Of a stretch of 64,000 nucleotides of DNA, positions 30,397 to 40,852 are shown in pieces. The notes beneath the pieces were generated by a model that saw only the letters and a program-made list of their open reading frames with translations, searched no databases and was not told where the DNA came from. Every line of letters begins with the position of its first letter. Within the stretch, counting starts at the first letter, position 1. The position numbers were made by a program, and so were the translations under genes. This stretch comes from an uncultured Gammaproteobacteria bacterium (GTDB lineage: Bacteria > Pseudomonadota > Gammaproteobacteria > GCA-002705445 > GCA-002716945), in NCBI GenBank assembly GCA_902535975.1, contig CACAVP010000003.1, positions 2,533-66,532 of the forward strand. Reading direction: 5' to 3'.

Positions 30397-31596
30397 ATGG
30401 AAATAGCTACAACAATATTAATTTACACTTCTGTACTAGGGTTTATTCTCGGTTATGTTGTCAATAAAACAAATTTCTGCACAATGGGTGCTGTATCGGA
30501 TTTAGTTAACATAGGCGACTCTTCACGATTAAAAGCCTGGTTTCTTGCAATTACAGTTGCAATACTAGGCGTCACTTTTCTAGAATATACTGGAACACTC
30601 AATGCAAATGATTCAAGAATACCCTATCGTAACTCAGTCTTTTTCTGGCCTAGATATATTATTGGTGGAGTAATGTTTGGCATAGGGATGACTCTAGCAA
30701 GCGGCTGTGGAAATAAAATTCTTATCAGAATAGGTGGTGGAAACATAAAATCTGTTTTTGTTTTACTAATAGCAGGGTTGATGGCACTTCTTATGACTAG
30801 AACTGATTTCTATGGGTTACTATTTCATAGTTGGATGAGTCCCATTAGTCCAGATCTAGCTAAAATCGGTATAAGTGATCAATCAATACAGACAATTATA
30901 GCTTCATTAATTGGTTTAGATAACAGTAGCATATTCATCTCATTGATAGTGCCATTATTGATCTGTGGAATCCTTCTTAAATATATTTTCTCATCTAATA
31001 AAAAACTTAGTAATGATAATCTCCTTTCTGGCATTGTCGTAGGATTAGTTGTGACGTTTGCCTGGTTGCTCACAGGAGGTGATCTTGGTCAATCATGGAT
31101 AGAAAATAATGACTTTTTAGATACTCCATATCCTGCTGTTGGTGTGCAATCATTTACTTTCATAAACCCCATGGGAGAGACACTTTTATTTACCAGTAAT
31201 ATATTCGACAATTTTTTCTTTACGTTTGGTGTAGCAGCATTATTATCAACAATCGCTGGTTCATTTGTGTACTCAATATTAAGTAATAATTTGAGAATAG
31301 AATGGTTCGCAAATAAACATGACTTTTTCAGACACATGATTGGTGGAATTTTGATTGGAATTGGCGGAGTACTCTCTTTGGGTTGCACTATTGGGCAAGG
31401 TGTTTCAGGTGTGTCTACGTTAGCAATTGGTTCTGTTATCACCTTAATTTCAATCATATTTGGTGCTTCACTAATGATGAAAATCGAGTATTATAAAGCA
31501 GTGTATGATGATAGTAGTTTCATTGAGCTTCTTAAAAATTCACTTATAGATTTAAGGGTTCTTCCAGAAACACTTAGAACTCTTGAAAAGATTTAA
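30397..31596 (+). CDS. yeeE: YeeE/YedE family sulfur-compound (thiosulfate) transporter
   Basis: Polytopic membrane protein with the three conserved Cys motifs (NFCTMG, SGCGNK, LGCTIGQG). The ATG at 30397 is preferred over the GTG at 30385. Confidence 0.85.
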   Translation: MEIATTILIYTSVLGFILGYVVNKTNFCTMGAVSDLVNIGDSSRLKAWFLAITVAILGVTFLEYTGTLNANDSRIPYRNSVFFWPRYIIGGVMFGIGMTLASGCGNKILIRIGGGNIKSVFVLLIAGLMALLMTRTDFYGLLFHSWMSPISPDLAKIGISDQSIQTIIASLIGLDNSSIFISLIVPLLICGILLKYIFSSNKKLSNDNLLSGIVVGLVVTFAWLLTGGDLGQSWIENNDFLDTPYPAVGVQSFTFINPMGETLLFTSNIFDNFFFTFGVAALLSTIAGSFVYSILSNNLRIEWFANKHDFFRHMIGGILIGIGGVLSLGCTIGQGVSGVSTLAIGSVITLISIIFGASLMMKIEYYKAVYDDSSFIELLKNSLIDLRVLPETLRTLEKI

Positions 31597-31603
31597 TATA
31601 TTT

Positions 31604-31676
31604 GGGGCGTTAGCTCAGTTGGTAGAGCAGTGGCCTTTTAAGCCATTTGTCACAGGTTCGAATCCTGTACGCCCTA
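31604..31676 (+). tRNA. tRNA-Lys (anticodon UUU)
   Basis: Hand-folded cloverleaf: acceptor GGGGCGT/ACGCCCT, anticodon loop CUUUUAA, T-loop GGTTCGAATCC. No CCA is encoded. Confidence 0.9.
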
Positions 31677-31702
31677 ACAAATTATACTGCCTTATTTTTT
31701 CA

Positions 31703-32560
31703 ATGGTTTGTCTAACAACAAACTCAGTATTAGCCAGTAGTCAAAGTGTCAAAATCCAAAGAGACGACGGCATAACACTAAATGCTAACTTGTCCAAAAA
31801 CTTAAAAAATGATTCTGTATACATGATCGTTCATGGCACACGAGGATTTAAGACCATGGAGATAATAAAATCATTGGAGCAAAGAATTTTAATTGAAGGC
31901 CATGATGTGCTAAGCATAAATTTGAGTTATGGTATCAACAACAGAAATGATAGCTTCCTATCTTGTGATATTAAACATACTCATAGCGAACATGAATCTG
32001 TGAGAGAAATTATAAATTGGTATGAATATCTATTGAGCAAAAACTACACAAAAATTTCACTGGTCGGACACTCTAGAGGAGGTTTTAATATCCTCCAAGC
32101 TGCTGAGTTAATAAACAACAGCGACCTCGAACTTCATATGCTAGCTCCAATAGTTGATACATATAATGGAACTAGAGATTATTATACAACTGAGCACAAT
32201 TTACCATATGACCAAATAATTCAGAATAATGATGAATATATAATCTCTGAAAGATATCCTTCAATTAATTTTTTATTTTGTGAGAACGCCCAAGTATCCT
32301 CAAATACTTTTAGATCATATTTAGATTTTAGTGAAAATAGAAATAAATATCCATTTACTTTCAGTATATTAAAATTACTTAATGAGAGTAATAATAATAT
32401 CTCCATTTATTCTGGCTCTTCAGATGAAATACTATTCGATAGTTATAAAATGTTCGAGTCTATTGATAAAAGAAATCTGACTCAATATATTATCGAGGAT
32501 GCAGATCATTTTTTCAGAGACATTTTTCTAGACGACGTAATTGATCTTATGTTCGACTAA
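31703..32560 (+). CDS. Alpha/beta hydrolase, probably exported
   Basis: Nucleophile elbow GHSRGG, with candidate Asp (SSDE) and His (DADHF). The first ATG after the tRNA is at 31703. The signal-peptide-like stretch extends upstream of it, so the start is uncertain. Confidence 0.7.
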   Translation: MVCLTTNSVLASSQSVKIQRDDGITLNANLSKNLKNDSVYMIVHGTRGFKTMEIIKSLEQRILIEGHDVLSINLSYGINNRNDSFLSCDIKHTHSEHESVREIINWYEYLLSKNYTKISLVGHSRGGFNILQAAELINNSDLELHMLAPIVDTYNGTRDYYTTEHNLPYDQIIQNNDEYIISERYPSINFLFCENAQVSSNTFRSYLDFSENRNKYPFTFSILKLLNESNNNISIYSGSSDEILFDSYKMFESIDKRNLTQYIIEDADHFFRDIFLDDVIDLMFD

Positions 32561-32561
32561 T

Positions 32562-33062
32562 TTACTGAACTATAAAAGGATCGTCAGACGTGTTGGTTGT
32601 ATCGCCATCTAGGCTTTTTTCCAACTGAGATGATGATTTTGGACCTATTGTTATTTCTGATTCAGAATTATCAAACATTCCTCTCATAACTTTGATGGTG
32701 GCAAATCTATTTTCCTTTTGATAATTGATTAAGATAAATCTTGATCTAACAATACCTATTTCAGACCAACCATCTGAAATCATATTTTTTCGATAAAAAC
32801 TCACAGTATCATCTGCAGTCTCATCATGTTGCAAGTATAATATTCCTGAAAACTTACTTCCTTCGCCAAAAATCACGGTTTTGTTGACTAAATATTTTGA
32901 ATTCTCTGGTAAGGGTATGGATACTTGTAATTTTTGTTCAACTGATATCTCTTTTTGCTCTTCTGCTTGGCTTTCTAACATAGCCTGCATATTAGCGCAC
33001 GATGATAAAAAGAGTGAAGTCAGTGTAATAGTCAAGAATCTAGTTACGATCTTTACCTGCAT
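32562..33062 (-). CDS. Hypothetical lipoprotein downstream of soxA
   Basis: 166 aa with a lipobox LFLSSC. It has no family I recognise. It is co-oriented with soxA and starts 25 bp after its end. Confidence 0.6.
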   Translation of the reverse strand: MQVKIVTRFLTITLTSLFLSSCANMQAMLESQAEEQKEISVEQKLQVSIPLPENSKYLVNKTVIFGEGSKFSGILYLQHDETADDTVSFYRKNMISDGWSEIGIVRSRFILINYQKENRFATIKVMRGMFDNSESEITIGPKSSSQLEKSLDGDTTNTSDDPFIVQ

Positions 33063-33087
33063 ATTTTAGAGTATATATTAAATTTAA

Positions 33088-33915
33088 TTATTTTCTAGAG
33101 CCAGGACCATTGACTTCAAGGCCATTACTCATAAATGTAGTAAAAAATTCAAGATTGTTAAGCTCATCACTACCACCCTTGAAACTTTTTGCTCTTATAC
33201 GATTGAGGCATCCAGCAAATCTCTCATGGAGTGTTACTAACCTACCCATCCCAGAGCGATATACTGGAAAATGTGTTGGGTGACCAATAGCTGGACTGGG
33301 GATATCAGCTCTGAGTTTTGTTCCTGTTTGATAGACATGACAGTCTGCACAAGAAAAATTCAACTGTCCTTTCTTCGTAAAATATAATCTCCTACCATCT
33401 TCGTAGGCATCTAAGGCTTCTTTTGTATTGGGGATCTGAATGTTAAATTTATTGCCCCTTGATGTATATGCCATGTAGGCAGAAACATGCGCTAATTCCT
33501 TACCTTTGAAATAACTAAGCGGCTTCTCCCCGTTTTTAACTCTGCAGTCATTGAGGGCTCCCTCTAATGTAACTACTTTATTTTTTTCATTATCGAAATA
33601 AGGATAGTTTTGTCTGATACCAATGCCATCATTTTCAAAACAAGATCCGTAAGTGTTACCGTTTTTAAATGGTCTGTTAAACAACTCTTCTCCTCTGTCG
33701 ACATTAAGTTCATACGGGGGGAATTCTTCCATAGCTTCCCATTGCTCCCTTGCAGACTTATCAATAGAATAAACGCCATTTTTATAATCCTCAAATGGTG
33801 TATCAGGGAATCTATTTTCAAAATAACTTACAAACTCATCGTAATCTCTTTCGGGGCTAGCAATTGCCGAAATTGAAGGAATTAAAAAAGCTAGTAGAAG
33901 TAGTTGTTTAAACAT
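33088..33915 (-). CDS. soxA: Sulfur-oxidation c-type cytochrome SoxA (monoheme type)
   Basis: 275 aa with a signal peptide, a single CADCH site and a conserved distal Cys (FAGCLNRIR). It follows soxXYZ. Confidence 0.88.
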   Translation of the reverse strand: MFKQLLLLAFLIPSISAIASPERDYDEFVSYFENRFPDTPFEDYKNGVYSIDKSAREQWEAMEEFPPYELNVDRGEELFNRPFKNGNTYGSCFENDGIGIRQNYPYFDNEKNKVVTLEGALNDCRVKNGEKPLSYFKGKELAHVSAYMAYTSRGNKFNIQIPNTKEALDAYEDGRRLYFTKKGQLNFSCADCHVYQTGTKLRADIPSPAIGHPTHFPVYRSGMGRLVTLHERFAGCLNRIRAKSFKGGSDELNNLEFFTTFMSNGLEVNGPGSRK

Positions 33916-34224
33916 TTATTTAACAGTGCCAGTTTTAGAGTCTCTATTACCTTGATTATCTACCCAAGATATCTCCAGATTATCTCCCTTATTGCCTTTG
34001 TATTTAAAGGTTAAGTAAGGATTCTTTGATACAGCAGGGCCCCAATAAATGGTTATAACATCTTTTCCGTTAGCTTTACTGTGTACTTCTTGAATGTAGT
34101 GAGCTGGTATAAGGTCACCTGTTTTTTTATCTTTTCTTTGCCCAGTCTCCATTGGATGTTTGATTAGTGCTTTGACTGTTACAACGCCATTGGATTCTTT
34201 TGATCTCATTTTTATAGTACTCAT
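33916..34224 (-). CDS. soxZ: Thiosulfate oxidation carrier complex protein SoxZ
   Basis: 102 aa, immediately after soxY, with the typical SoxZ beta-sandwich pattern (VKALIKHPMETG). Confidence 0.88.
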   Translation of the reverse strand: MSTIKMRSKESNGVVTVKALIKHPMETGQRKDKKTGDLIPAHYIQEVHSKANGKDVITIYWGPAVSKNPYLTFKYKGNKGDNLEISWVDNQGNRDSKTGTVK

Positions 34225-34226
34225 GA

Positions 34227-34688
34227 TTAACCTCCACAGCCTCCTATAGTTACTTTAACCTCTTGCGTTGAGGTATAAACTTTGTCGCCACTCTTAACAG
34301 CTGCCATCACATTTGATGTTTTACCCATTTTCAACCTTGTGCCTATAGAAGGCTCTGAGAGTGATGTTAATTTATATCCACTTGATAATGGTTGAGGATT
34401 ATTTTCTACGAATATCATAATTGACTCTACATTATCCAATGTTGTTGATACATTGATTGGAACGATAGCCCCGTTCTCTGCGATCTCTGGAGCTTTAAGT
34501 TTTACCTTTGATGACTCCTCTAAGTTACTGTGACCATAGACACTACTTACAGATTCAGTTAAATCTTTAATATCAAAAGATTTTTTAGGCCATGCTGCAT
34601 ACGCTTTCTTACTAACAATTAGTGAAGGTATAGCGACTAATGAACCTGCGAATAACATACTATTTTTTATAAAGTTTCTTCTGTTCAT
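34227..34688 (-). CDS. soxY: Thiosulfate oxidation carrier protein SoxY
   Basis: 153 aa with a Tat-like signal (MNRRNFIK) and the diagnostic C-terminal swinging-arm motif GGCGG. Confidence 0.93.
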   Translation of the reverse strand: MNRRNFIKNSMLFAGSLVAIPSLIVSKKAYAAWPKKSFDIKDLTESVSSVYGHSNLEESSKVKLKAPEIAENGAIVPINVSTTLDNVESIMIFVENNPQPLSSGYKLTSLSEPSIGTRLKMGKTSNVMAAVKSGDKVYTSTQEVKVTIGGCGG

Positions 34689-34696
34689 ATTTCTCC

Positions 34697-35032
34697 TTAA
34701 AGTGTGTATAAATAATCAATTATTTTGTTAATCTCATTTCTAGTTAGAGCACCATGTTTTCCAAATGGCGGCATAAATGAATATGGATCTTTTTCAGTTG
34801 GATCCCAGATTTGTTGAAAAAGTATTTCTCTGTCAGGAAACCTTGCTTTCATAGCAAGCAAAGGCGGACCATTATTTCCTGCTAATTCCCCATCTTCAAT
34901 CATGTGACATGCAAGGCAATTACCTTTTTTTCTGTCAAATGTAAGTTTTTTTCCTTCAGCAATAGTGTCAGGAAATGATGCAATTGGCATCAATATTATT
35001 ACAAAAAGTAATGATTTTATAAGGCTTTTCAT
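34697..35032 (-). CDS. soxX: Sulfur-oxidation c-type cytochrome SoxX (monoheme)
   Basis: 111 aa with a signal peptide and a CLACH haem site. It is the first gene of soxXYZA. Confidence 0.85.
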   Translation of the reverse strand: MKSLIKSLLFVIILMPIASFPDTIAEGKKLTFDRKKGNCLACHMIEDGELAGNNGPPLLAMKARFPDREILFQQIWDPTEKDPYSFMPPFGKHGALTRNEINKIIDYLYTL

Positions 35033-35073
35033 GACAGTATTATATATATGAATGACCTTTATTAAAACATTTT

Positions 35074-36495
35074 TTAATCACAGGTTTTATTACCAAATAT
35101 AGGCTCAAGCGGTGGATTTCCCTCGCATAGGATAGCGGTCCTTATGCTTTTGAGGTTTTTCTTTTGAACTTCGTTGAGTTCATTAGAGGTTAAACCATCA
35201 TCTATAACTCTGAATGCCATTGGCACATTTCCTTTGATGTTATAAAAGTTAATTAAGGCTAACTTTGAATTGTATTTTTCTTGAATCTTTTCATACCCCT
35301 CGGCTAATAATTTATAAGCTACTGGATTATTTTTATTATTCTCCAAAATTTCATTTAATTTTTTCATACTCTGAACAAGCTTAAGCGAATCTTTGATGTT
35401 ATATTTCAACAACTGAAATGTAATAGCATTATTATTAGGATATACCTCCAAAATACTATCAAGTATATTCTTCGCCTCTTTTTTTTCTCCCATAGTCCAA
35501 AGGATATCTGACATCAAAGATGCTAAATATATATTGAACTTATCTTTACTATAACTTTTTTCTAGAATACCTTTAGCTGAAGAGAGATTTCCTTTTGAAT
35601 ATTCAATTAATGCAAGTTGATGATTTTGAACTGAATCATCATTATTAATATTTATAGTTTGATTAGCATTAGTATTTGATATCTTCAAAATATTTTTAAT
35701 ATATAAATAATCTTCGGTACTATTAACGATAGGATCGACTTGATATTTCCCTTGATTTTTAATATTACTAATACGATTAGAATATAAAGGGTGAGTCATA
35801 AAATATTCATTTATATTTGACTGGTTATTAGAATCACCTTGCATTAGTCTAAAAAAGTTTGCCATCTCACCTAGATCAAAATCACTTTTTAAAATAAGTC
35901 TTGCCGCAAATGCATCTGCTTCAATCTCATTTTCTCTTATAAGATTTATATTTTTTTGAACAGATAGGCCAATACCTGATTTGATTGATGCAATGCTTGC
36001 TTCAGTTTGTCCAGCTAACATGCCAGCAAATATCCCAATCCACATTGGAATTGAATTCACATTGCTGTTAGCCATCATTTCAGCAGAGTGCCTCAAAACA
36101 ACATGTGCTAATTCATGAGCAACCACCCCTGCGAGCTGCGCTTCATTCTCTGTCAAGGTAATTAGTCCAGCATTCAGGCCAATATATCCTCCGGGGACTG
36201 CGAAAGCATTCACAGACTCAGATTTAGTTACAAAGAAAACATAATTTCTATCCTTCGATATATTCCTGCTTAATTTGTTCCCTAAATATGAAATATAGTC
36301 ACTGACTAAAATATCATTAATTATATAGTTACTTTTTTGGAGGTTTTTATAAATGTTACCTCCAATTCTTTCTTCGTCAGTTAATGTGATGGTCTTATTT
36401 AGAGAATCGCCAAGTAGAGGAGAGGGGTACTCTTGATTAGACTCTGCCTCAGATATAAAAAATAATGTTATTATAAGAAATATAAACTTAAACAT
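35074..36495 (-). CDS. M48 family metalloprotease with TPR domain (BepA/YfgC-like)
   Basis: 473 aa with a signal peptide, the HELAHV zinc motif and C-terminal TPR-like repeats. Confidence 0.85.
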   Translation of the reverse strand: MFKFIFLIITLFFISEAESNQEYPSPLLGDSLNKTITLTDEERIGGNIYKNLQKSNYIINDILVSDYISYLGNKLSRNISKDRNYVFFVTKSESVNAFAVPGGYIGLNAGLITLTENEAQLAGVVAHELAHVVLRHSAEMMANSNVNSIPMWIGIFAGMLAGQTEASIASIKSGIGLSVQKNINLIRENEIEADAFAARLILKSDFDLGEMANFFRLMQGDSNNQSNINEYFMTHPLYSNRISNIKNQGKYQVDPIVNSTEDYLYIKNILKISNTNANQTININNDDSVQNHQLALIEYSKGNLSSAKGILEKSYSKDKFNIYLASLMSDILWTMGEKKEAKNILDSILEVYPNNNAITFQLLKYNIKDSLKLVQSMKKLNEILENNKNNPVAYKLLAEGYEKIQEKYNSKLALINFYNIKGNVPMAFRVIDDGLTSNELNEVQKKNLKSIRTAILCEGNPPLEPIFGNKTCD

Positions 36496-36587
36496 TTATC
36501 TACTCATTAGCTATCTTTTCCTATATTAAATAATCTAAATGTACTAATATAGTTGCATTATATTATAACTCAAGAGGTACCATAAAG

Positions 36588-36818
36588 ATGAGTGATTTTG
36601 ATAAAGAACTAGATACAAGCGGACTAAATTGTCCGTTGCCAATTATAAAAGCAAAAAAGGAGATAAACACCATGGAGTCTGGTCAAATACTTCATGTTAT
36701 ATCTACTGACCCAGGTGCAGTGATGGATTTTGAATCATTTGCAGGACAGACAGGGAATGAGTTACTCTCTTCTGAATCTAAAGATAATAAATTTTTCTTC
36801 CTTATCAAAAAAAATTAA
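36588..36818 (+). CDS. tusA: TusA/SirA-family sulfur carrier protein
   Basis: 76 aa with the active-site motif GLNCPLPIIKAKK. Confidence 0.88.
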   Translation: MSDFDKELDTSGLNCPLPIIKAKKEINTMESGQILHVISTDPGAVMDFESFAGQTGNELLSSESKDNKFFFLIKKN

Positions 36819-36820
36819 AA

Positions 36821-38551
36821 ATGAAGTTAAGTGGCTCAGAGATAATAATTGAATCCCTAAAGAAAGAGGGAGTAGATTATATATTTGGATATCCGGGTGG
36901 AGCAGTATTGCATATTTATGATGCTTTATTCGCTGCTAAAGATATTAAGCATGTCCTTGTGAGACATGAACAAGGAGCCACTCATGCGGCCGATGGATAC
37001 GCTAGAGCTTGTAACAAGCCTGGTGTAGTCTTAGTAACATCGGGTCCTGGTATTACAAATTGTGTTACAGGAATTGCTACAGCACATATGGATTCTATTC
37101 CAATGATCGTGATATCGGGTCAAGTTTCGCGTCAATATGTCGGAAGCGATGCTTTTCAAGAGGCTGATGCCACCGGAATAACACGACCAATATGCAAGCA
37201 TAATTTTTTGATAAATGACAGAGAATCGATTGCAGATACGTTCAGAAAGGCATTTATTATTGCAACTACAGGTCGACCTGGTCCTGTAATAATTGATATT
37301 CCCAAGGACTTAACCGATCCAAATGTAAAAATTGATTTTGAGTACAAAAAAAACATTAAAATTCGATCTTATAAGATAAAAACTAATGAAGATGAAAACA
37401 AAATTGAAGAGGCAGCAAAAATATTATGCTCAGCTAAAAAACCAATGATATATTCAGGCGGAGGAGTCATTCTTAGTAAGGCTAGTAAAGAGTTGATCAA
37501 ATTAACTAAGCTATTGAACTACCCGATTACAAATACACTCATGGGTTTGGGTGCATATCCATCATCTGACGATCAATTTCTTGGTATGCTAGGAATGCAT
37601 GGTACTTATGAGGCAAACATGGCTATGCATGATTGTGATGTTCTTCTTGCTGTTGGTGCAAGATTCGATGATAGAGTAACGGGAGATACAAAGCAATTCT
37701 GTCCCAAAGCTAAAATTATTCATATAGACATTGATCCATCATCTATATCTAAAATTATTGAAGTTGATCACTCACTGATAGGTGATACAAAAAAGATTCT
37801 AAGAAAACTTACATCATTTTCCTCTAAATACAAAAAAAATATAAATAGAACTGCTATTGAAAAATGGTGGAAAAAAATAAAATCCTGGCAAAGAAAAAAT
37901 TGCTTATCATATAAAAAATCTAAAGAAGTTATTAAGCCGCAGTCAGTTATTGAGACTCTTCATACATTATCTAAAGGAAAGTCGTTTGTGACATCAGATG
38001 TTGGTCAGCATCAAATGTGGGTAGCTCAATATTATAAATTTGATAAACCTAACAGATGGATCAACTCTGGAGGACTAGGCACAATGGGGTTTGGCCTACC
38101 TGCCGCGATAGGCGCGCAGCTAGCTTATCCAAAAGAGCAAGTTATTTGTGTGACAGGTGAGGCAAGTATTTTAATGTGTATACAGGAATTATCGACATGC
38201 TTACAATATGGTTTACCAATAAAAATCATTAACTTAAATAATAGATACATGGGGATGGTAAGACAATGGCAAGAATTCTTTTATGAGGGCAGGTATGCAA
38301 TGTCGTACATGGATGCTATCCCAAATTTTGCAAAGCTTGCTGAGAGCTTTGGTCACATAGGGATGGTAATTGACAAACCAGAAAATCTTGAAAATGATCT
38401 GAAAACTGCACTTAACCATAAGAATAGGTTAGTTTTTGTAGACGTCATAACAGATCAAACAGAGAATGTATATCCGATGATAGTAAGTGGCAAGGGACAC
38501 CATGAAATGCATCTTGCTCCATCTGCGAATGAGGATATTGAATTAGCATGA
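36821..38551 (+). CDS. ilvI: Acetolactate synthase large subunit
   Basis: 576-aa ThDP enzyme (GYPGGAVL, GGLGTMGFGLPAA), followed by the small subunit and ilvC. Confidence 0.94.
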   Translation: MKLSGSEIIIESLKKEGVDYIFGYPGGAVLHIYDALFAAKDIKHVLVRHEQGATHAADGYARACNKPGVVLVTSGPGITNCVTGIATAHMDSIPMIVISGQVSRQYVGSDAFQEADATGITRPICKHNFLINDRESIADTFRKAFIIATTGRPGPVIIDIPKDLTDPNVKIDFEYKKNIKIRSYKIKTNEDENKIEEAAKILCSAKKPMIYSGGGVILSKASKELIKLTKLLNYPITNTLMGLGAYPSSDDQFLGMLGMHGTYEANMAMHDCDVLLAVGARFDDRVTGDTKQFCPKAKIIHIDIDPSSISKIIEVDHSLIGDTKKILRKLTSFSSKYKKNINRTAIEKWWKKIKSWQRKNCLSYKKSKEVIKPQSVIETLHTLSKGKSFVTSDVGQHQMWVAQYYKFDKPNRWINSGGLGTMGFGLPAAIGAQLAYPKEQVICVTGEASILMCIQELSTCLQYGLPIKIINLNNRYMGMVRQWQEFFYEGRYAMSYMDAIPNFAKLAESFGHIGMVIDKPENLENDLKTALNHKNRLVFVDVITDQTENVYPMIVSGKGHHEMHLAPSANEDIELA

Positions 38552-39057
38552 ATGAAGATAAAAGGCACATTGTTTCTCTGCTCGTAGAAAATGAATTTGG
38601 ATCTCTTTCACGTATAGCAGGATTATTCTCTGCAAGAGGCTACAACATTCATTGCCTGAGTGTTGCTCCAACCTCAGATGATTCTATATCAAGAATGACA
38701 CTTGTTACATATTGCACAGATGCAAAATCATCACAACTAATGAAACAATTAGATAAATTGGTAGACGTTATTAATGTAAAAGACTTAACAGATGAGACTC
38801 ATATAGAGAGGGAGATGTTGCTTTTGAAAGTTAAATCTACTCTCAAGCAACGAGATGAATTGAAAAGATTGACAGATATTTTTAGAGCCAGGATAATCGA
38901 TGTTACGGATACTACATATACAATAGAGCTTACTGGGCCAACAGAGAAAATTCTTGCATTTATTGATTCACTGGGAAAAATTAAAATTGTTGAACAGGTA
39001 AGATCGGGCGCGTTAGGTATAAGTAGAGGCTCAGAATCACTAGAAATAAAAAAATAG
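38548..39057 (+). CDS. ilvH: Acetolactate synthase small (regulatory) subunit
   Basis: 169 aa with an ACT domain (HIVSLLVENEFGSLSRIAGLFSARGYNI). Confidence 0.92.
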   Translation: MNEDKRHIVSLLVENEFGSLSRIAGLFSARGYNIHCLSVAPTSDDSISRMTLVTYCTDAKSSQLMKQLDKLVDVINVKDLTDETHIEREMLLLKVKSTLKQRDELKRLTDIFRARIIDVTDTTYTIELTGPTEKILAFIDSLGKIKIVEQVRSGALGISRGSESLEIKK

Positions 39058-40032
<975 letters not shown>

Positions 40033-40078
40033 CATGATGTCATGGATGGATAAGGAGAAATTGGTAGGTAACAAATAA

Positions 40079-40852
40079 GTGAGAAAAAAAAAGAATAAAG
40101 TTTCTGCAGTATATCTTCTACCTAATTTAGTAACACTAGGAGCTATGTTTTGTGGTTTTTACTCAATAGTAAGCGCAATAAATGCCCTATATATCCAATC
40201 TGCCATATTTATTCTTTTTGCTATGCTTCTTGATGGACTAGATGGAAGGGTTGCTAGGTTGACTAATACACAGACCTCTTTTGGTGAGCATTTTGACAGT
40301 CTTTCAGATTTACTATGTTTCGGAATAGCTCCTGCTTTACTGATTTATTTATCTAGTCTCTCTATGATGACTTTTGGTTACTTAGCAAAACTATCATATA
40401 TAGCATGTTTTGTATATATTGCTTCAGCTGCTATTAGGCTTGCAAGATTCAATTCAAGAAACCAAACAACAGATAAAAAATATTTTGTTGGGTTAGCAAG
40501 CCCAGCGGCAGCAGCTATCATTATATGTTATGTGTGGTTACTAAGTGATGTTAATGCAGACATGTCTTCGTATTCGACTTTAACTTTTCTACTGATTATT
40601 TCTCTGTCGCTTTTGATGGTGAGTAATATTGCTTACTTGAGTTTTAAAGATGTTAATATCAAACAAAAAGTTCCACATCTTATGCTTTTTGGAATTTCTC
40701 TCATTGTATCTTTCATTTCTTTTGATCCACCTAAAGTTTTGTTTATTTTCTTTCTACTCTACGGACTATCAGGCCCAACTATGTTTTTGACTCGCAGATT
40801 AAGAAGAAATGGACTTTATGAATCAAGCTCAACCTCAAATGCTGAGGATTAA
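40079..40852 (+). CDS. pssA: CDP-diacylglycerol--serine O-phosphatidyltransferase (type II)
   Basis: 257 aa with the CDP-alcohol phosphotransferase motif DGLDGRVAR...SLSD. The GTG start directly follows the restored ilvC stop. Confidence 0.88.
   Translation: MRKKKNKVSAVYLLPNLVTLGAMFCGFYSIVSAINALYIQSAIFILFAMLLDGLDGRVARLTNTQTSFGEHFDSLSDLLCFGIAPALLIYLSSLSMMTFGYLAKLSYIACFVYIASAAIRLARFNSRNQTTDKKYFVGLASPAAAAIIICYVWLLSDVNADMSSYSTLTFLLIISLSLLMVSNIAYLSFKDVNIKQKVPHLMLFGISLIVSFISFDPPKVLFIFFLLYGLSGPTMFLTRRLRRNGLYESSSTSNAED

Noticed and set aside
31583-31702. N-terminal 40 codons of the ORF-track entry 31583..32560 (MKRFNIFGALAQLVEQWPFKPFVTGSNPVRPNK...)
   Set aside because: This stretch is the translation of tRNA-Lys(UUU) (31604-31676). 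The real hydrolase CDS must start downstream of the tRNA.
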